Source of the DNA: Nitrospirota bacterium
GTDB lineage: Bacteria > Nitrospirota > Thermodesulfovibrionia > Thermodesulfovibrionales > Dissulfurispiraceae
Direction of reading: 5' to 3'
Assembly (NCBI GenBank): GCA_963790025.1
Contig: CAWBMP010000004.1
Coordinates: 224,001-288,000 of the forward strand
Length of the DNA stretch: 64,000 nucleotides
Shown here: positions 20,641 to 30,766 of the stretch, piece after piece
How the letters are laid out: each line of letters begins with the position of its first letter
How positions within the stretch are numbered: position 1 is the first letter of the stretch
Made by a program: the position numbers and the translations under genes
The notes under the pieces: model-generated
What the model was told of the DNA's origin: nothing
The model's input: the letters and a program-made list of their open reading frames with translations, nothing else
Database searches by the model: none

Positions 20641-22262
20641 GTCTTATCTCCGTTAAAAGGGAACCAGAGAGTAAATGCAGTTCCACACCCCTCTTCGCTT
20701 TGCACAGAAATCTTTCCTTTGTGGTCCTTTACGATGCCATAGCTCACCGCAAGACCGAGGCCCGTACCCTGCCCGGCAGGCTTTGTTGTGAAAAAAGGTT
20801 CGAATATCTCATCCCTGATCTTTTCCGGCATGCCGCAGCCTGTGTCGGAAAATATGATCTTTGCGCCGTTGCCCTCCTTGTCGTATTCAGTCTTGACAGT
20901 AATGCAGCCGCCCGGCTTCATGGCCTGAAAAGAGTTGACCAGAAGATTAGTAAAAATAATTTTCATCTTGTCTTCGTCCGCCTGCAGATGAGGAAGCAAG
21001 GCGTCATAATACCGCACTATACTGATCCCGCCCTCTTTGAATGTTTCCTCCAATGAAGCCGCCGTCGTTTCTATAGCCATATTTATGTCCGTGGGGACAA
21101 GATTGACCTTGGTCTGACGCGAGAAATTCAGGAGGTCCTCGACAATTTTCTTGCAGAGACGTGCGTTGTTATAGATTACATCCAGGTCTTCATTAGCCTG
21201 TCGTCCCTCGCCCTGGTATTCTTTGCGCAGCAAATTTGTATATCCCAGGATAAGGCTAAGCGGATTATTGATCTCATGAGCCACACCTGCGGCCAGCCGG
21301 CCGATTGAAGCAAGTTTGTCCGCCTGGCGTAACTGTTCCCACATCTTATTTCTTTCCTGGTCGGATATCTTGAGGTACTCCATCATCCGGTTGAAGGATT
21401 CAGCGAGTTCCGACACTTCATAATAGTCCCGTGCGTCAAAATAGAGATCCAGCCCCCTGTGTCCGTTTACCACATCCTTGAAAAAGGAACTCATCCGTTT
21501 CATGGGGAGCACTGCCACCCGGTAATGGAAGTAGTTGAGAACGCCAAAAAGCACCGTCATGCCGGCGACGCCGATCAGGAAAATGGAAAAGGCCACATGC
21601 CGCAACTTCCGGAAGGTACCGCTCACCGGCGCGGCAATTGATTCCAGACCAATTATATCACCCACTTTCCGGCGGCGACCGTGCACTTTTCCGTACTGCA
21701 GGGTAATGGCCTCCGGTGAAGCAGCAGGATCTCCATGGCAGAGGAGGCACTCTTCTTCCATGACAATCGCCTTAAGATGGACAAAGTAATCCTCGCCGTT
21801 CTTGGTGATAAGGCCCCTCCATTCTTTCTTCGAATAGGGGACATTCCTGAACTGTCTTATATACCCTTCTTCAAAGGCATCAGCCTTGTTGGCGGGATTC
21901 ATGGGATCAATGGCGACCCTGCGGTAGATATAGCGTGGAAACTTTTCTTTGAACGTTTTCATGATCTCCATATTCATAAAGGAACTGGACATGACCTGGC
22001 GTATAAAGAGACTGCTGGGCAGTAAATGGAAGATCTGAGGTCTCAATTTATCTCGGGCATACGCCATGGTAGCGTCAATATGCCCCAGTACCATATCTGT
22101 CTTCTCGTAGGCCTCACTGATATACATTTCTTTCAGATAATCATAGATCAGCAAGGAAAAAATAGCGATGACACACAGAAGTATAATGCCTAGTCCTAAC
22201 ATGAATTTTGCTGTCAGCGTTGATCCGCCCAGCTTTGTTGAATTGCTCAAAGTTGTCACCAA
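20637..22262 (-). CDS. Sensor histidine kinase with periplasmic heme-c domain (DUF3365/Tll0287-like)
   Basis: TM-[P.NPAN..D.FE...CLLCHGDP]-TM-HAMP, then AHEINNPL and [18 protein letters not shown]. 4-nt overlap with the regulator. Start uncertain. Confidence 0.9.
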   Translation of the reverse strand: MVTTLSNSTKLGGSTLTAKFMLGLGIILLCVIAIFSLLIYDYLKEMYISEAYEKTDMVLGHIDATMAYARDKLRPQIFHLLPSSLFIRQVMSSSFMNMEIMKTFKEKFPRYIYRRVAIDPMNPANKADAFEEGYIRQFRNVPYSKKEWRGLITKNGEDYFVHLKAIVMEEECLLCHGDPAASPEAITLQYGKVHGRRRKVGDIIGLESIAAPVSGTFRKLRHVAFSIFLIGVAGMTVLFGVLNYFHYRVAVLPMKRMSSFFKDVVNGHRGLDLYFDARDYYEVSELAESFNRMMEYLKISDQERNKMWEQLRQADKLASIGRLAAGVAHEINNPLSLILGYTNLLRKEYQGEGRQANEDLDVIYNNARLCKKIVEDLLNFSRQTKVNLVPTDINMAIETTAASLEETFKEGGISIVRYYDALLPHLQADEDKMKIIFTNLLVNSFQAMKPGGCITVKTEYDKEGNGAKIIFSDTGCGMPEKIRDEIFEPFFTTKPAGQGTGLGLAVSYGIVKDHKGKISVQSEEGCGTAFTLWFPFNGDKT

Positions 22263-22302
22263 CGTTTCTAAAGATACCTTTTATATTATACTCTAAAATT
22301 AA

Positions 22303-22326
22303 AGAGGGCTGTTTTATCAGCCCTCT
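22303..22326 (-). terminator. Probable intrinsic terminator after the MFS pair
   Basis: AGAGGGCTG-6 nt-CAGCCCTCT hairpin followed on the minus strand by TTAATTTT. Confidence 0.6.
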
Positions 22327-22360
22327 CTGTAAGGTATAAATCAGCTTGATTCACAGAGGC

Positions 22361-23872
22361 CTAAGCCGCATCAACAAATTCCCTGGCAGCTTCAATCACT
22401 TCAGCATCAATTTCGATCTTGTTCGAAGCCGAAAAAAATGCAGCGAGGAGATTCAGAAAAAGAAGGACGCCCATTACAGCGAAGAAACCATGCATAAAAG
22501 CATTCGTCTTTACCGGAACAGGAATGATCGAGTTGCTTAACACATGTTGAACGCTCGGATATCCGTTTTCGGACAGGTACCGGTGCTCCAGAGTGGTGAA
22601 TATGACGCCGGATATATCGACCCCTAATATCAGACCCAGGGACCGCATCATGTTCAGGACGCCTCCGGCAACGCCCAGTTTCTCTTTCGGCGCTGAACCC
22701 ATGATCGAGCTGTTGTTCGGCGGGGTGAACAATCCCATGCCAACTCCGAGGAGTATCAACACTGCCACAAGGAGCGGTAGTTGCGCAGAAGCCCCCATCA
22801 ACATGAGGGCAAAGCAGGCAAGGGCGGAAATAAGCATCCCGGACGTGGTCATTATTCTCGGGCCGTGTTTATCCGAAATATGCCCGGCGAATGGGGCTAC
22901 TGCAGCCATAGCGAGAGGGACGGGTGTTAACAAAGAGCCGGTAAGGGCAACGCTGCATCCCAATATATGCTGAAGATAAAATGGCATCAGAAACATGACC
23001 GCAAACAGGACGTAATAGGAGAGCATGCCTGTCAGGTTTCCAAAAAAGAAGGCGGCATTCCTGAAAAGCTTGAGGTCTATCAAAGGGTGCTCAACCTTCA
23101 ACTCCGTGATAATAAAAAGGGTCAGCAGAAGTGTGCCGGACAGAAAGTACGTCATAATGGTATTTGAGCTCCAACCCAATTTTACTCCCTCATTGAAAGC
23201 CAGCACAATAAAAGCGAGACCGGATGCAAAGAAGGCCGTTCCGATATAATCGACTTTTTCCTTTTTTTCCTTTTTTTCATCGGGCGGCAGGATAAAAAGA
23301 GCGGCCAGGGTGCCCGCTATGCCGATGGGGATATTAATATAGAAGATGGCCCTCCAGCCTACAGTGGCTATAAGAATCCCCCCGACAAACGGACCTACCG
23401 ACATCGATATCGCCTGTACGGCACCCTGGATCCCGATTGCCTTGCCTCTCTCATTCGCCGGGAAAGCATGCGTAATCAAAGCGACAGAATTTGCCTGTAA
23501 TAGCCCGGCCCCTATGGCCTGAATTATGCGGGAAATTATCATGAAGGAAGCTGTGGATGACATCCCGCAAAGTACCGAACCCACGGAAAAGACCACAAAG
23601 CCGATATTATAAAGCTTCGATCTGCCGTAAATATCAGCGAGTCTACCGAATAGCGGGAGAAAAATGGTCAGAGTGAGCATATATGCCATTGCTATCCACT
23701 CGATAACCGCCATCGAGACACCAAAGGTGTGCTGGAGGGTCGGCATAGCTACGTTGACGATGCTTACGTCAAGGGCAGACATTGTGGCTCCAAGAAGAAC
23801 GGTGGAAAGAATGAACCACTTCCATCCCGGATGTGATGAAAAGCGAGGATGAGGAGACTGTAGCCTAATCAT
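22361..23872 (-). CDS. MFS transporter, DHA2 (EmrB/QacA, 14-TM) family
   Basis: LDVSIVNVAMP, GRLADIYGR, RIIQAIG, GWRAIFYINIPIG and FTPPNN. AAGGAG RBS. Confidence 0.93.
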   Translation of the reverse strand: MIRLQSPHPRFSSHPGWKWFILSTVLLGATMSALDVSIVNVAMPTLQHTFGVSMAVIEWIAMAYMLTLTIFLPLFGRLADIYGRSKLYNIGFVVFSVGSVLCGMSSTASFMIISRIIQAIGAGLLQANSVALITHAFPANERGKAIGIQGAVQAISMSVGPFVGGILIATVGWRAIFYINIPIGIAGTLAALFILPPDEKKEKKEKVDYIGTAFFASGLAFIVLAFNEGVKLGWSSNTIMTYFLSGTLLLTLFIITELKVEHPLIDLKLFRNAAFFFGNLTGMLSYYVLFAVMFLMPFYLQHILGCSVALTGSLLTPVPLAMAAVAPFAGHISDKHGPRIMTTSGMLISALACFALMLMGASAQLPLLVAVLILLGVGMGLFTPPNNSSIMGSAPKEKLGVAGGVLNMMRSLGLILGVDISGVIFTTLEHRYLSENGYPSVQHVLSNSIIPVPVKTNAFMHGFFAVMGVLLFLNLLAAFFSASNKIEIDAEVIEAAREFVDAA

Positions 23873-23988
23873 TTTTGACGACTCCTTTTCTAAAAATTTC
23901 TTTAGTGATCTAAAAGATCCTTTTTGCCTGACTTGCATTGGTCAATTCCTGTTTTCAGTGACTGAATAACCCCGGACAGAAAGATTTT

Positions 23989-25791
23989 TTAAAAAAATGT
24001 CAGACTCAATAGCTCAATATCAGCCTCTTTTTCAGTGATTGGACCCCGGACAGAGAGCTTTTTCATGACCGGATCATTTTTTCCGGCATCAGGCCCCAGG
24101 ACTATTTTTTCGTGCCCGGTCGTATAACGGGCTGTGGCCGCGTCAGCTTCATGAGCAATAAAATTGCCGCTCACCGACCGGAAGGAGGCAAAAGAAAAGA
24201 CGATGACTGTAAAGAGGAGGAGAATGACAAATAAAGCCATCCCCCTGACCTCCCGGCTGAAGCCATTAAAGAATCCGGAAGAAACAACCGCTGTCCCAGT
24301 CGCCTGATGATCTATAATTGCCGATGTTTTGACTTTTCTGACAGACGAAAGGAACGCCGATAGAACAGTAACAGCCATAAGTACCATAATTACCATGATG
24401 AAGCCGTGCATAAAGGCGTTGGCTTTAACATGCATTGGAATGCTGCTGTTACTGAATACATTTTGAACATTCATATATCCTTTTTCAACCAGATAGCGGT
24501 GCTCCAGAGTAGAAAATATAACACCTGATATGTTCACACCGAATATAAGGCCCAGAGACCGCGTCATGTTCAGGACACCTCCGGCAACTCCCAATTTCTC
24601 ACTCGGAGCTGAGCCCATTATCGCACTATTGTTGGGCGCAATGAACAGTCCCATGCCGACTCCGAGGGAGATTAACGCAACCACTATTGCCGGCAGCCGC
24701 GCAGCCTCACCTAAAAACAAGAGTGAAAAACACGCCATGGCGGAGACGAGCATGCCGGAGGTGGTCATTATCCTCGCACCGTACTTGTCCGAGACATGTC
24801 CCGACAATGGGGCTGCTGCCGCCATGGCAAGGAGAAGGGGCGTCAGCAGAGAGCCGGTGAGCGCAACGCTATAGCCCAACACCTTTTCGAAATAAAAAGG
24901 CATAAGGAACATGATTGCAAACAACACATAATAAGACAGCATGCCGGTGAGGTTCCCTAACAGGAAGGTCGCATTTTTGAAGAGCTTGAGGTCTATCAGG
25001 GGACGCTCAACCTTCAACTCTGCAACGATAAAAAAAGTCAGCAAAACGATACCGGACAGGAAATAGGTTATGACGGTGCCTGAACCCCACCCAAGTCTCA
25101 TTCCTTTGTTGAAAGCCAGCAAAATCAGAGCAAGCCCTGATGCGAAAAATGCTGCTCCAAAATAATCAATCTTTTTCTCCTCTTTCGTCTTCCGGTCAGG
25201 AGGAAGCATGAACAAGGCAGCCAGTATGCCTAAAACGCCAATCGGGACATTCATATAAAAAATAGCCCTCCAGCCTACAGTGACTATAAGGACGCCCCCG
25301 ACAAATGGCCCCACGGCCATCGCTATCGCCTGCACTGCACCCTGAATGCCTATTGCCTTACCCCGCTCTCCTGTGGGAAACGCACCGGTAATGAGAGCGA
25401 CTGAGTTCGCCTGGAGAAGTCCCGCTCCTATGGCCTGCACTACGCGGGATACTATCAAGAAATTAGCTGTGTTTGACATCCCGCAAAGAAGCGAACCCGC
25501 CGAAAAAACAACAAACCCGCTATTATAAAGCTTCGATCTGCCGTATACGTCCGCTAACCTGCCAAACAGCGGAAGCAAGACCGTTAACGAAAGCATATAT
25601 GCCATCGATATCCACTCGATTACTGCCAAAGAGACGCCGAAGTTACTACTCAATGTCGGCATCGCAACGTTGACAATGCTTACGTCCAGCGCAGACATTG
25701 TGGCCCCGATCAAAACAGTGGTAAGAATAAACCACTTGCGGGCCGGATGCAGGGAAAGGTTGGCTCGTAAAATTTGTAACTCAGCATTCAT
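23989..25791 (-). CDS. MFS transporter, DHA2 family, with C-terminal extension (tandem paralog)
   Basis: Same motifs as the neighbour, plus about 100 extra C-terminal residues including one more TM. GAGGTG RBS. Confidence 0.92.
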   Translation of the reverse strand: MNAELQILRANLSLHPARKWFILTTVLIGATMSALDVSIVNVAMPTLSSNFGVSLAVIEWISMAYMLSLTVLLPLFGRLADVYGRSKLYNSGFVVFSAGSLLCGMSNTANFLIVSRVVQAIGAGLLQANSVALITGAFPTGERGKAIGIQGAVQAIAMAVGPFVGGVLIVTVGWRAIFYMNVPIGVLGILAALFMLPPDRKTKEEKKIDYFGAAFFASGLALILLAFNKGMRLGWGSGTVITYFLSGIVLLTFFIVAELKVERPLIDLKLFKNATFLLGNLTGMLSYYVLFAIMFLMPFYFEKVLGYSVALTGSLLTPLLLAMAAAAPLSGHVSDKYGARIMTTSGMLVSAMACFSLLFLGEAARLPAIVVALISLGVGMGLFIAPNNSAIMGSAPSEKLGVAGGVLNMTRSLGLIFGVNISGVIFSTLEHRYLVEKGYMNVQNVFSNSSIPMHVKANAFMHGFIMVIMVLMAVTVLSAFLSSVRKVKTSAIIDHQATGTAVVSSGFFNGFSREVRGMALFVILLLFTVIVFSFASFRSVSGNFIAHEADAATARYTTGHEKIVLGPDAGKNDPVMKKLSVRGPITEKEADIELLSLTFF

Positions 25792-25917
25792 GTTTGTTTC
25801 ACCTCTCATGCAGTAACAAAGTTTAATTTCTCTCACTTCTTCCCATTTTTCAGAATCGTAATGATGAAGCGGTCCCTTTTTTTATAGTTTCCTTATTTAT
25901 GAGTCTATTGAGCATTT

Positions 25918-25934
25918 TGCAAGTATTATGCCGA
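25918..25934 (-). promoter_or_regulatory. Sigma54 -24/-12 promoter of the MFS pair
   Basis: TCGGCATAATACTTGCA = GG-N10-GC with a TTGCA -12 element. Confidence 0.75.
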
Positions 25935-25949
25935 AGGATCAGGTTTAGA

Positions 25950-25962
25950 CAACTCTTTGATA
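25950..25962 (-). promoter_or_regulatory. IHF binding site
   Basis: TATCAA-AGAG-TTG matches WATCAANNNNTTR exactly, just upstream of the -24 box. Confidence 0.65.
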
Positions 25963-26009
25963 AATATTAATTTTAGCCCGCTGGCAAATATAACATTTAC
26001 TGTTTTGGA

Positions 26010-26050
26010 TGCAAAAAAAATATTGCAGTGCATTATTTTTTTTATTGTGA
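26010..26050. promoter_or_regulatory. Candidate enhancer (UAS) for the sigma54 activator
   Basis: TGCA-N10(A/T-rich)-TGCA followed by a second TGCA + T-tract half-site, about 80-120 bp upstream of the -24 box. Confidence 0.45.
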
Positions 26051-26322
26051 CGAAAGAAATTTTCCCGAAAGAATTGTCAATGTCCAGGATATCCATATGC
26101 GAAATCGCAAACTCCTTGGCCTATCAGAATTCAAAAGTTGAATTGCCTTTTGTGGAGCTTATCTTTTATCGCTCAACCGGGATCCAAGTTATATACTTTT
26201 TAAAGAACGAGTAAGTATAATTATTTATCTATAAATCTATTTAATAAGTTTTTAGTATGGTTGAAAGATGAAAGATCCAGTTAAATAGTTTTACCACTAT
26301 AAATTTTTAAAAGGAGCGGGCA

Positions 26323-28032
26323 ATGACAAACTCGGGCATTATGACTGACAGGAAATTTTCAAAATTTACGTTGCGGCTAGTTATCGCTGCATCTCTTCTC
26401 ATGTTATTTCTGACAGTCGTATTTTCGATCTTTTCCACCTTCCAGAAAACTACGGATTATTTAGTACTATTTGCTCTGCCGCTCCTTGCCATAGTATCTG
26501 CCTTTGCCTTTCTCTACTTGTCAATTGTAAAACCGGCGAATCAGGTCGTAGAAATGGTCAATGCCTTTTCATCTGACGGAGGACCCCTGTCGGAGGGAGA
26601 GCGTGCAGCATTAAACTCTGATGTCATAAATCTGGCAGACACTTTAAGCGAAGCTGTCGTAAAACCAAAAAATTCGATAGCTACCAATCTGAACAAGTCG
26701 ATGAAAGTTGCCAACAAATCTGCTAATGCGATAAAGCGCGTTAAGGAGACGGCAAACAGTGCCAACAAGCAAAGTGAGTTAACAGATGTGATATTCAATT
26801 TGAGCAATGTTTCAAGCTCCGCCATTACTGATATGGCCAAGAATGCCCAGTCAATTTCCACCTCGACCTCGCAGAATCTTTCGACCGCAAAATCCTCTCT
26901 TGAGGAATTGATTAATGTTACGGAGGAAGTGAATATGATAGACACCAAACTATCGACATTCACCGAGACCGTTATGATGTTGAGCAAGAATTCGGACAGC
27001 ATCAGAGATATCGTATCAATGATAAAGGACATTTCTGACCAGACCAATCTGTTGGCGCTGAATGCGGCCATTGAGGCCGCCCGCGCCGGTGAACAGGGCA
27101 GGGGATTTGCGGTTGTGGCTGATGAAGTCAGGAAACTCGCGGAGAGGGTCAATTCGGCAACTGGAGATATATCAGGCAATATAGATGAAATGAGAGACCA
27201 GGTGTCAAGTACGCTTTCTGAAATAAAGGAAATCAACGAATTCACTTCACATCTGAAAAATGTAGTAGGCAAGACGTCGGATAATTTCAAGGGAATGCTC
27301 TCAGACTTTGAGAATAACAGCCATCAAATTAACGGAATAGCCCAAACAATTGAAAACCTGTCACAAACCAATGAAGATATTCATGAGAAAGTCTCTGATA
27401 TACGCACACTGAGCATCCAGACGAGCCGGCAAATGCAGGAAACGGAAGCTTACACTTCGGATCTGTTCGACATTGCCGAGGAGATGCAGGAGGACATGTC
27501 AACATTTATGGTCGGCACAGGTCTTGTACTTGAGGTCATCAGGAAGACAGCAGGATATAAGGATATCTTTGAGGGAAAACTCAGGGAGTATCATCACAAG
27601 GGCATAAATGTATTTGATAAAAATTACAAGGAAATACCCGGCAGTAACCCGAAGCGTTACAAAACTGCATACGATGAGCTATTTGAAAAGGAGTTGCAAC
27701 CTGTTTACGATAAAGCACTGCTTGATATCCAGGGGGCGATTTATGTGCTTTGCGTTGACGAAGGCGGGTATGCACCCAGTCATAACAGTAAGTTCTCAAA
27801 ACCACCTACGGGAAAGTATGAGATAGACCTTTTAAACTGTCGCGACAAAAGGATTTTCAATGACAAGGTCGGCATGGCATTGGCAAGAAATACCAGGCCG
27901 TTTCTGCTCCAGACATATATGCGGGATACCGGAGAAACAATCAATGATTTTTCAATGCCTATCTTTGTGGAGGGTAAGCATTGGGGCGCTCTCAGAATAG
28001 GCGTGCCGGCATCAGTGTTGGGGACGGAATAA
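26323..28032 (+). CDS. Methyl-accepting chemotaxis protein with extra C-terminal domain
   Basis: Two closely spaced TM, hairpin [36 protein letters not shown], and a ~170-aa C-terminal domain ([10 protein letters not shown]...GKHWG). Confidence 0.93.
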   Translation: MTNSGIMTDRKFSKFTLRLVIAASLLMLFLTVVFSIFSTFQKTTDYLVLFALPLLAIVSAFAFLYLSIVKPANQVVEMVNAFSSDGGPLSEGERAALNSDVINLADTLSEAVVKPKNSIATNLNKSMKVANKSANAIKRVKETANSANKQSELTDVIFNLSNVSSSAITDMAKNAQSISTSTSQNLSTAKSSLEELINVTEEVNMIDTKLSTFTETVMMLSKNSDSIRDIVSMIKDISDQTNLLALNAAIEAARAGEQGRGFAVVADEVRKLAERVNSATGDISGNIDEMRDQVSSTLSEIKEINEFTSHLKNVVGKTSDNFKGMLSDFENNSHQINGIAQTIENLSQTNEDIHEKVSDIRTLSIQTSRQMQETEAYTSDLFDIAEEMQEDMSTFMVGTGLVLEVIRKTAGYKDIFEGKLREYHHKGINVFDKNYKEIPGSNPKRYKTAYDELFEKELQPVYDKALLDIQGAIYVLCVDEGGYAPSHNSKFSKPPTGKYEIDLLNCRDKRIFNDKVGMALARNTRPFLLQTYMRDTGETINDFSMPIFVEGKHWGALRIGVPASVLGTE

Positions 28033-28076
28033 TTAAAGGGCTTCTGATATAACGGATATGCTTTCATGGAGATCCT

Positions 28077-28937
28077 ATGGAAAAAATGATATTGAGCTAT
28101 GAAAATTTTTTCAGCATACTCGATACCATTCTTTCCACTCTGAATATTGATGAATTGCTGACGATCGTTGTCAGTAAAATACAGTCGATCGTCGGCGCCG
28201 ACCGGTGCACGCTGTATCTGTTTAGCGCTGAGACCAATGAATTATATTCCAAAGTCCTGCAGGCGGATAACCTTGTCGAGATACGGGTCCCCATCACGAA
28301 AACCAGTCTTGCAGGTTTTACCGCTGCAACCGGCAGGCTCCTAAATATAAAAGACGCCTATGACGATACCGAACTCGCGGGGATCGACCCGGAATTATCA
28401 TTCGACAGGACATGGGACCGGAAAAGCGGCTATTGGACAAAGAGCGTGCTTGTCGTTCCCATTCCCATGAAAGGAAGCGAGGAGTCGGGTGTTTTCGAGG
28501 CAATTAACAAAGCCGGCGGGTTTACTGACGACGATGTTGATACCGTGAAGCAGCTTGCCTATATACTCAGCATTGCCGTCAACAATGCGCTTCTCTATCA
28601 GATCGCGGAAGATGAGGCGCGGCTCAGGGAATATATAATCGATGACATTGAAGAAGGCATCTGCATCCTCGACACAAAAAAACGGATTATTTCAGCGAGC
28701 AGGTTCATGGAAGTAATGAGCGGCATGCGCTATACTGCTGCTGAGATGCGGGGCGAGGACATCTTCGATTTGTTCCCGAGCCTCGCCGGCACGGAACTGG
28801 AAGAAAAAATGAGCGAAGTGTTACGGGATGGTTTCAAGAAAGTAGCTCAGCTCGAGGTGCTTCAGATAAAGATTGTTCCTTATCTGAATGATAAAGGCTT
28901 AACGACGAAACTGATACTGATATTAACGAGAATGTAA
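28077..28937 (+). CDS. GAF + PAS-like domain protein without output domain
   Basis: NKxxxxFxxxD-type GAF (ADRCTLY, LNIKDAY, AINKAGGFTDDD) followed by a PAS-like segment (IIDDIEEGICILD). Confidence 0.8.
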   Translation: MEKMILSYENFFSILDTILSTLNIDELLTIVVSKIQSIVGADRCTLYLFSAETNELYSKVLQADNLVEIRVPITKTSLAGFTAATGRLLNIKDAYDDTELAGIDPELSFDRTWDRKSGYWTKSVLVVPIPMKGSEESGVFEAINKAGGFTDDDVDTVKQLAYILSIAVNNALLYQIAEDEARLREYIIDDIEEGICILDTKKRIISASRFMEVMSGMRYTAAEMRGEDIFDLFPSLAGTELEEKMSEVLRDGFKKVAQLEVLQIKIVPYLNDKGLTTKLILILTRM

Positions 28938-30718
28938 TGACGGAACCGGTCAGGACTCTGGACATTTGCGGCCCACGCGAAATAAGGAAACCCTCGAGTA
29001 AGAGCTTTGAGGAACTGCTGATCGAAAAAGGATTCGTTACAAAAGAACGACTGCAGGAATACCTCGCAAGGGCCACAAAAGAGAAGAAAAATCTTGAAAA
29101 GATCCTCGTTGAAATAGGATTGGCCGAAGAGAAGTTGGCTATTGTAAAAGCCGAATATCTCGGCTACGAGTTCATCGACATATCCCGATATCCGCTGCAG
29201 TCCGATTTGTTGAAATATATAAAACCGGCCTACGCTAGAAATTACAGAGTGCTGCCTTTGAGATACGATGACGAAACTCTTACCGTTGCCATGGTCGAAC
29301 CGAGAGATTTTATGGCAATAGATGAGGTCCTCCGCATATACAAGGATGCCCGTTTCAGGATAAAGGATGTGAAGGTGGTGATGACCACATCGACGCATCT
29401 CTTCGATCTTATTAAAAATTTTTTTGCAATCCCCAGGGAGACGGAAAAGGAAAAAGTCCACCTCGGCAGCATTATGACCCAGCTTGCCGAAAGCTACAAA
29501 CCTGCCGTCAAGGTTGCTGATGTTGCGAAAGAGGAGGCTACTGAAAACAGCGCACCCATCGTGATGCTGGCAAACAAGGTGGTCGAAGACGCCTTTTATA
29601 AGAGATCGAGCGATATTCACCTTGAGCCCAGCACAGACTATTTGCGCGTAAGATACCGCATTGACGGTTATCTCCAGGAAGTAATGCGCATTCCCAAATA
29701 TGCACAGGACGCGGTCACAACAAGATTCAAGATAATGGCCGATCTGAGGATCGATGAGCGGAGGGTGCCTCAGGATGGGAGAGTGGATTTTACAAAATAT
29801 AATCCTTCTTTTCAAATAGACCTCCGTGTTTCCACAGTGCCTTCCTTTTATGGAGAGGATGTTGTAATGAGGATACTTGACAAGTCGAGCAACATTCTGA
29901 CGCTTGACAGGCTCGGATTTAACGACCACTGCATGAAGCTTTACAAAGAAGCTATCCGGTCGCCATACGGGATAATGCTCCATGTAGGCCCCACGGGCAG
30001 CGGTAAATCAACCGCCCTCTTCGCTGCCTTAAAAACGCTCGATACTGTTGATGTAAAGATAGTGACGGCGGAAGACCCGGTAGAGAGTACACTTGGAGGA
30101 CGGATTATTCAAAGCAGTATCAACCCCGTTACCGGTTATACCTTTGCCAAGGCACTGAAGTCCTTTATGAGGCATGATCCGGATATCATGCTGATAGGAG
30201 AAATAAGAGACCTGGAAACAGCAAAGGCCACGGTTGAGGCGTCCCTCACCGGACACATGGTTTTTTCCACTCTCCATACAAACGATGCAGTGGGAACGGT
30301 GACAAGGCTCATCGAAATGGGTATGGAAACGTACCTTATCGCGGACTCCCTTATTTTAGTGTGCGCGCAAAGGCTTGTCAGAAGGATTTGCATGAAATGC
30401 AAAGAGCCGTACATTGCCACAAAGGAAGAAGAGGAGTTGTCAAAAGGCAACGTAAAGGCGGGCGTGACTCTTTACAGGGGACTGGGTTGCGACGAGTGCG
30501 ACGGCAAAGGTGAAAAAGGCCGCACTGGAATTTTTGAAGTGCTTTTGGTAAACAGGGAATTCAGAAATCTCCTCATAAAAAAGGCCGACACTGAAGAATT
30601 AAGGAGGGCAGCTCTCGAAAGTGGCATGATGACACTCAGGCAGGAGGCCATTGACAAAGCGTTAAAGGGTATCATTTCACTTGAGCAAGTCCTTGAAAAT
30701 ACTCTCCCGGACACTTGA
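28937..30718 (+). CDS. GspE/PilB family secretion/pilus ATPase (orphan)
   Basis: SDIHLEP, PQDGR, GPTGSGKS, TAEDPVE, DPDIMLIGEIRD, GHMVFSTLHTN and Zn motif CMKC..CDEC. TAATG coupling to the upstream gene. Confidence 0.94.
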   Translation: MTEPVRTLDICGPREIRKPSSKSFEELLIEKGFVTKERLQEYLARATKEKKNLEKILVEIGLAEEKLAIVKAEYLGYEFIDISRYPLQSDLLKYIKPAYARNYRVLPLRYDDETLTVAMVEPRDFMAIDEVLRIYKDARFRIKDVKVVMTTSTHLFDLIKNFFAIPRETEKEKVHLGSIMTQLAESYKPAVKVADVAKEEATENSAPIVMLANKVVEDAFYKRSSDIHLEPSTDYLRVRYRIDGYLQEVMRIPKYAQDAVTTRFKIMADLRIDERRVPQDGRVDFTKYNPSFQIDLRVSTVPSFYGEDVVMRILDKSSNILTLDRLGFNDHCMKLYKEAIRSPYGIMLHVGPTGSGKSTALFAALKTLDTVDVKIVTAEDPVESTLGGRIIQSSINPVTGYTFAKALKSFMRHDPDIMLIGEIRDLETAKATVEASLTGHMVFSTLHTNDAVGTVTRLIEMGMETYLIADSLILVCAQRLVRRICMKCKEPYIATKEEEELSKGNVKAGVTLYRGLGCDECDGKGEKGRTGIFEVLLVNREFRNLLIKKADTEELRRAALESGMMTLRQEAIDKALKGIISLEQVLENTLPDT

Positions 30719-30766
30719 GGGAGAAGAATTCATTTTTTTCGTTAAAGACAATTATACCCCCGTTCT

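Noticed and set aside
25957..25970. Near-FNR box TTGAT-AAAT-ATTAA
   Set aside because: It overlaps an exact IHF consensus in the expected place for a sigma54 promoter, which explains it better.
28077..30718. GAF and PilB genes as one frameshifted fusion gene
   Set aside because: There is a clean TAATG stop-start overlap, no slippery run, and both ORFs look complete.
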